Shown here piece by piece: positions 35,252 through 35,817 of a stretch of DNA of 35,817 bases (within the stretch, counting starts at the first letter, position 1; each line of letters opens with the position of its first letter). The position numbers and the translations under genes were made by a program. The notes below the pieces were generated by a model, which was given only the letters and a program-made list of their open reading frames with translations, did not search any database and was not told the origin of the DNA. Source of the DNA: Candidatus Azambacteria bacterium (GTDB lineage Bacteria > Patescibacteriota > Minisyncoccia > GWC2-36-17 > WO2-46-25); the NCBI GenBank assembly GCA_024654415.1, contig JANLHQ010000011.1, forward strand, positions 1 to 35,817, written 5' to 3'.

Positions 35252-35668
35252 TCAGCGTTTCGCTTGTACGAGCTGGCGCTCAAGTTTTGCTACGCGTTCT
35301 TCAAGAAGTGCGACTCTGTCTTTGTCGGCTTTTTGCGTCAATGTTTTTTTGATATCGGCGATGTCTGCTTTAACAGACATTAATTCATCTTCGATTCTGG
35401 AAAGATACTGAAAAACCTGTTTAAAGTTACTTTCCGTGTCATTTTTAAATCCAACAAAATCACCTCTCAACTCATCTATTTTTCCTTCTAATCTTAACGC
35501 CGAAGATACTATCTTTCTTTCCAATCTCTGATCCGAGGCTTTCTGCCCCTCTATTATAATATCAAACTTTTCTTTAACATCCTCCAAAATAACTCCAAGC
35601 TGATCTTGGGAGGTGGTTTTTGCCGATCTGGATGGTGTCTTTTTCAGCTTCTTTTTCATGTCTCTCAT
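35252..35668 (-). CDS. small coiled-coil protein with basic N-terminus, hypothetical
   Basis: ATG 35668 (MRDMKKKLKK...) is preceded by GGGGGTGA. The track start at 35740 adds an implausible Cys-rich leader. The C-terminus is strongly helical (LLEERVAKLERQLVQAKR). Confidence 0.5.
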   Translation of the reverse strand: MRDMKKKLKKTPSRSAKTTSQDQLGVILEDVKEKFDIIIEGQKASDQRLERKIVSSALRLEGKIDELRGDFVGFKNDTESNFKQVFQYLSRIEDELMSVKADIADIKKTLTQKADKDRVALLEERVAKLERQLVQAKR

Positions 35669-35694
35669 TATATCACCCCCGCACTGCAAGTCAA
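35667..35694 (-). promoter_or_regulatory. consensus-like promoter TTGACT-16-TATAAT overlapping the first ATG
   Basis: Minus strand: TTGACT (35694-35689), 16-nt spacer, TATAAT (35672-35667). The predicted start site falls at or next to the second ATG (35659), a leaderless geometry. Confidence 0.35.
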
Positions 35695-35817
35695 AAACAC
35701 AGGAAGTATCAAAGCTTAAATGTTTAAAAGTATAAAACAATGCAAGTCAAAAATGCAAAAAGTTCAAAAGTTTAAGAGTATAACGGTTTAAAGGTATCGG
35801 GATGCAAGTCAAAAACA
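35685..35817. repeat. phased direct repeats TGCAAGTCAAAAA(CA) at 35685, 35741 and 35803, interleaved with GTTTAA-core copies (35719-35738, 35770-35791)
   Basis: Three 13-15-nt identical copies spaced 56 and 62 nt apart. The array runs off the window edge. Confidence 0.7.

Noticed and set aside
35685-35817. Regularly spaced repeats (about 56-62 nt period) at the window edge as a CRISPR array.
   Set aside because: The conserved unit is only 13-15 nt and A-rich. The intervening segments share the GTTTAA repeat family rather than being unique spacers. No cas genes are nearby.

Overview
A 35.8-kb bacterial fragment using the standard genetic code: TGA, TAG and TAA all end well-supported ORFs. Almost everything is transcribed on the minus strand. 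Right half (18.9-35.8 kb): a dnaG-rpoD pair followed upstream by a long envelope gene string. That string holds a PD40 beta-propeller protein, three paralogous O-antigen-ligase-like (Wzy_C) + TPR membrane proteins, a 1216-aa secreted phospholipase-C-like / lamin-tail / beta-helix protein, a four-helix-bundle protein and small coiled-coil proteins. This gene content suggests a CPR/Patescibacteria-type genome, but that is inference only. Centre (18039-18678): a tRNA-Asn(GUU) gene split in the anticodon loop by a 568-nt group I intron that carries an HNH homing-endonuclease ORF. Decayed tRNA 3' fragments lie next to it. Left of the tRNA (8.6-17.4 kb) is a visibly AT-richer accessory block with two parts. 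One is a six-gene operon, Fic - Zn-ribbon - RadC - m5C MTase - endonuclease - m5C MTase. The other is a separately promoted three-gene cassette of an ABC-type ATPase, a small Toprim-like (RloB/DUF4276-like) protein and a 492-aa protein with a C-terminal PD-(D/E)xK nuclease domain. I rank this cassette as the best candidate for an undescribed defence module. Far left: secreted/envelope proteins (Cys-rich repeat protein, divergent M23-like peptidase), a short FAD protein, a CPA2 cation/proton antiporter, an ORF with one in-frame TAG and the 3' end of an IS30-type transposase. There are several candidate structured RNA or leader elements and a short intergenic repeat family. No CRISPR array or rRNA is present. 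All family assignments come from motifs read by eye, and no searches were run.
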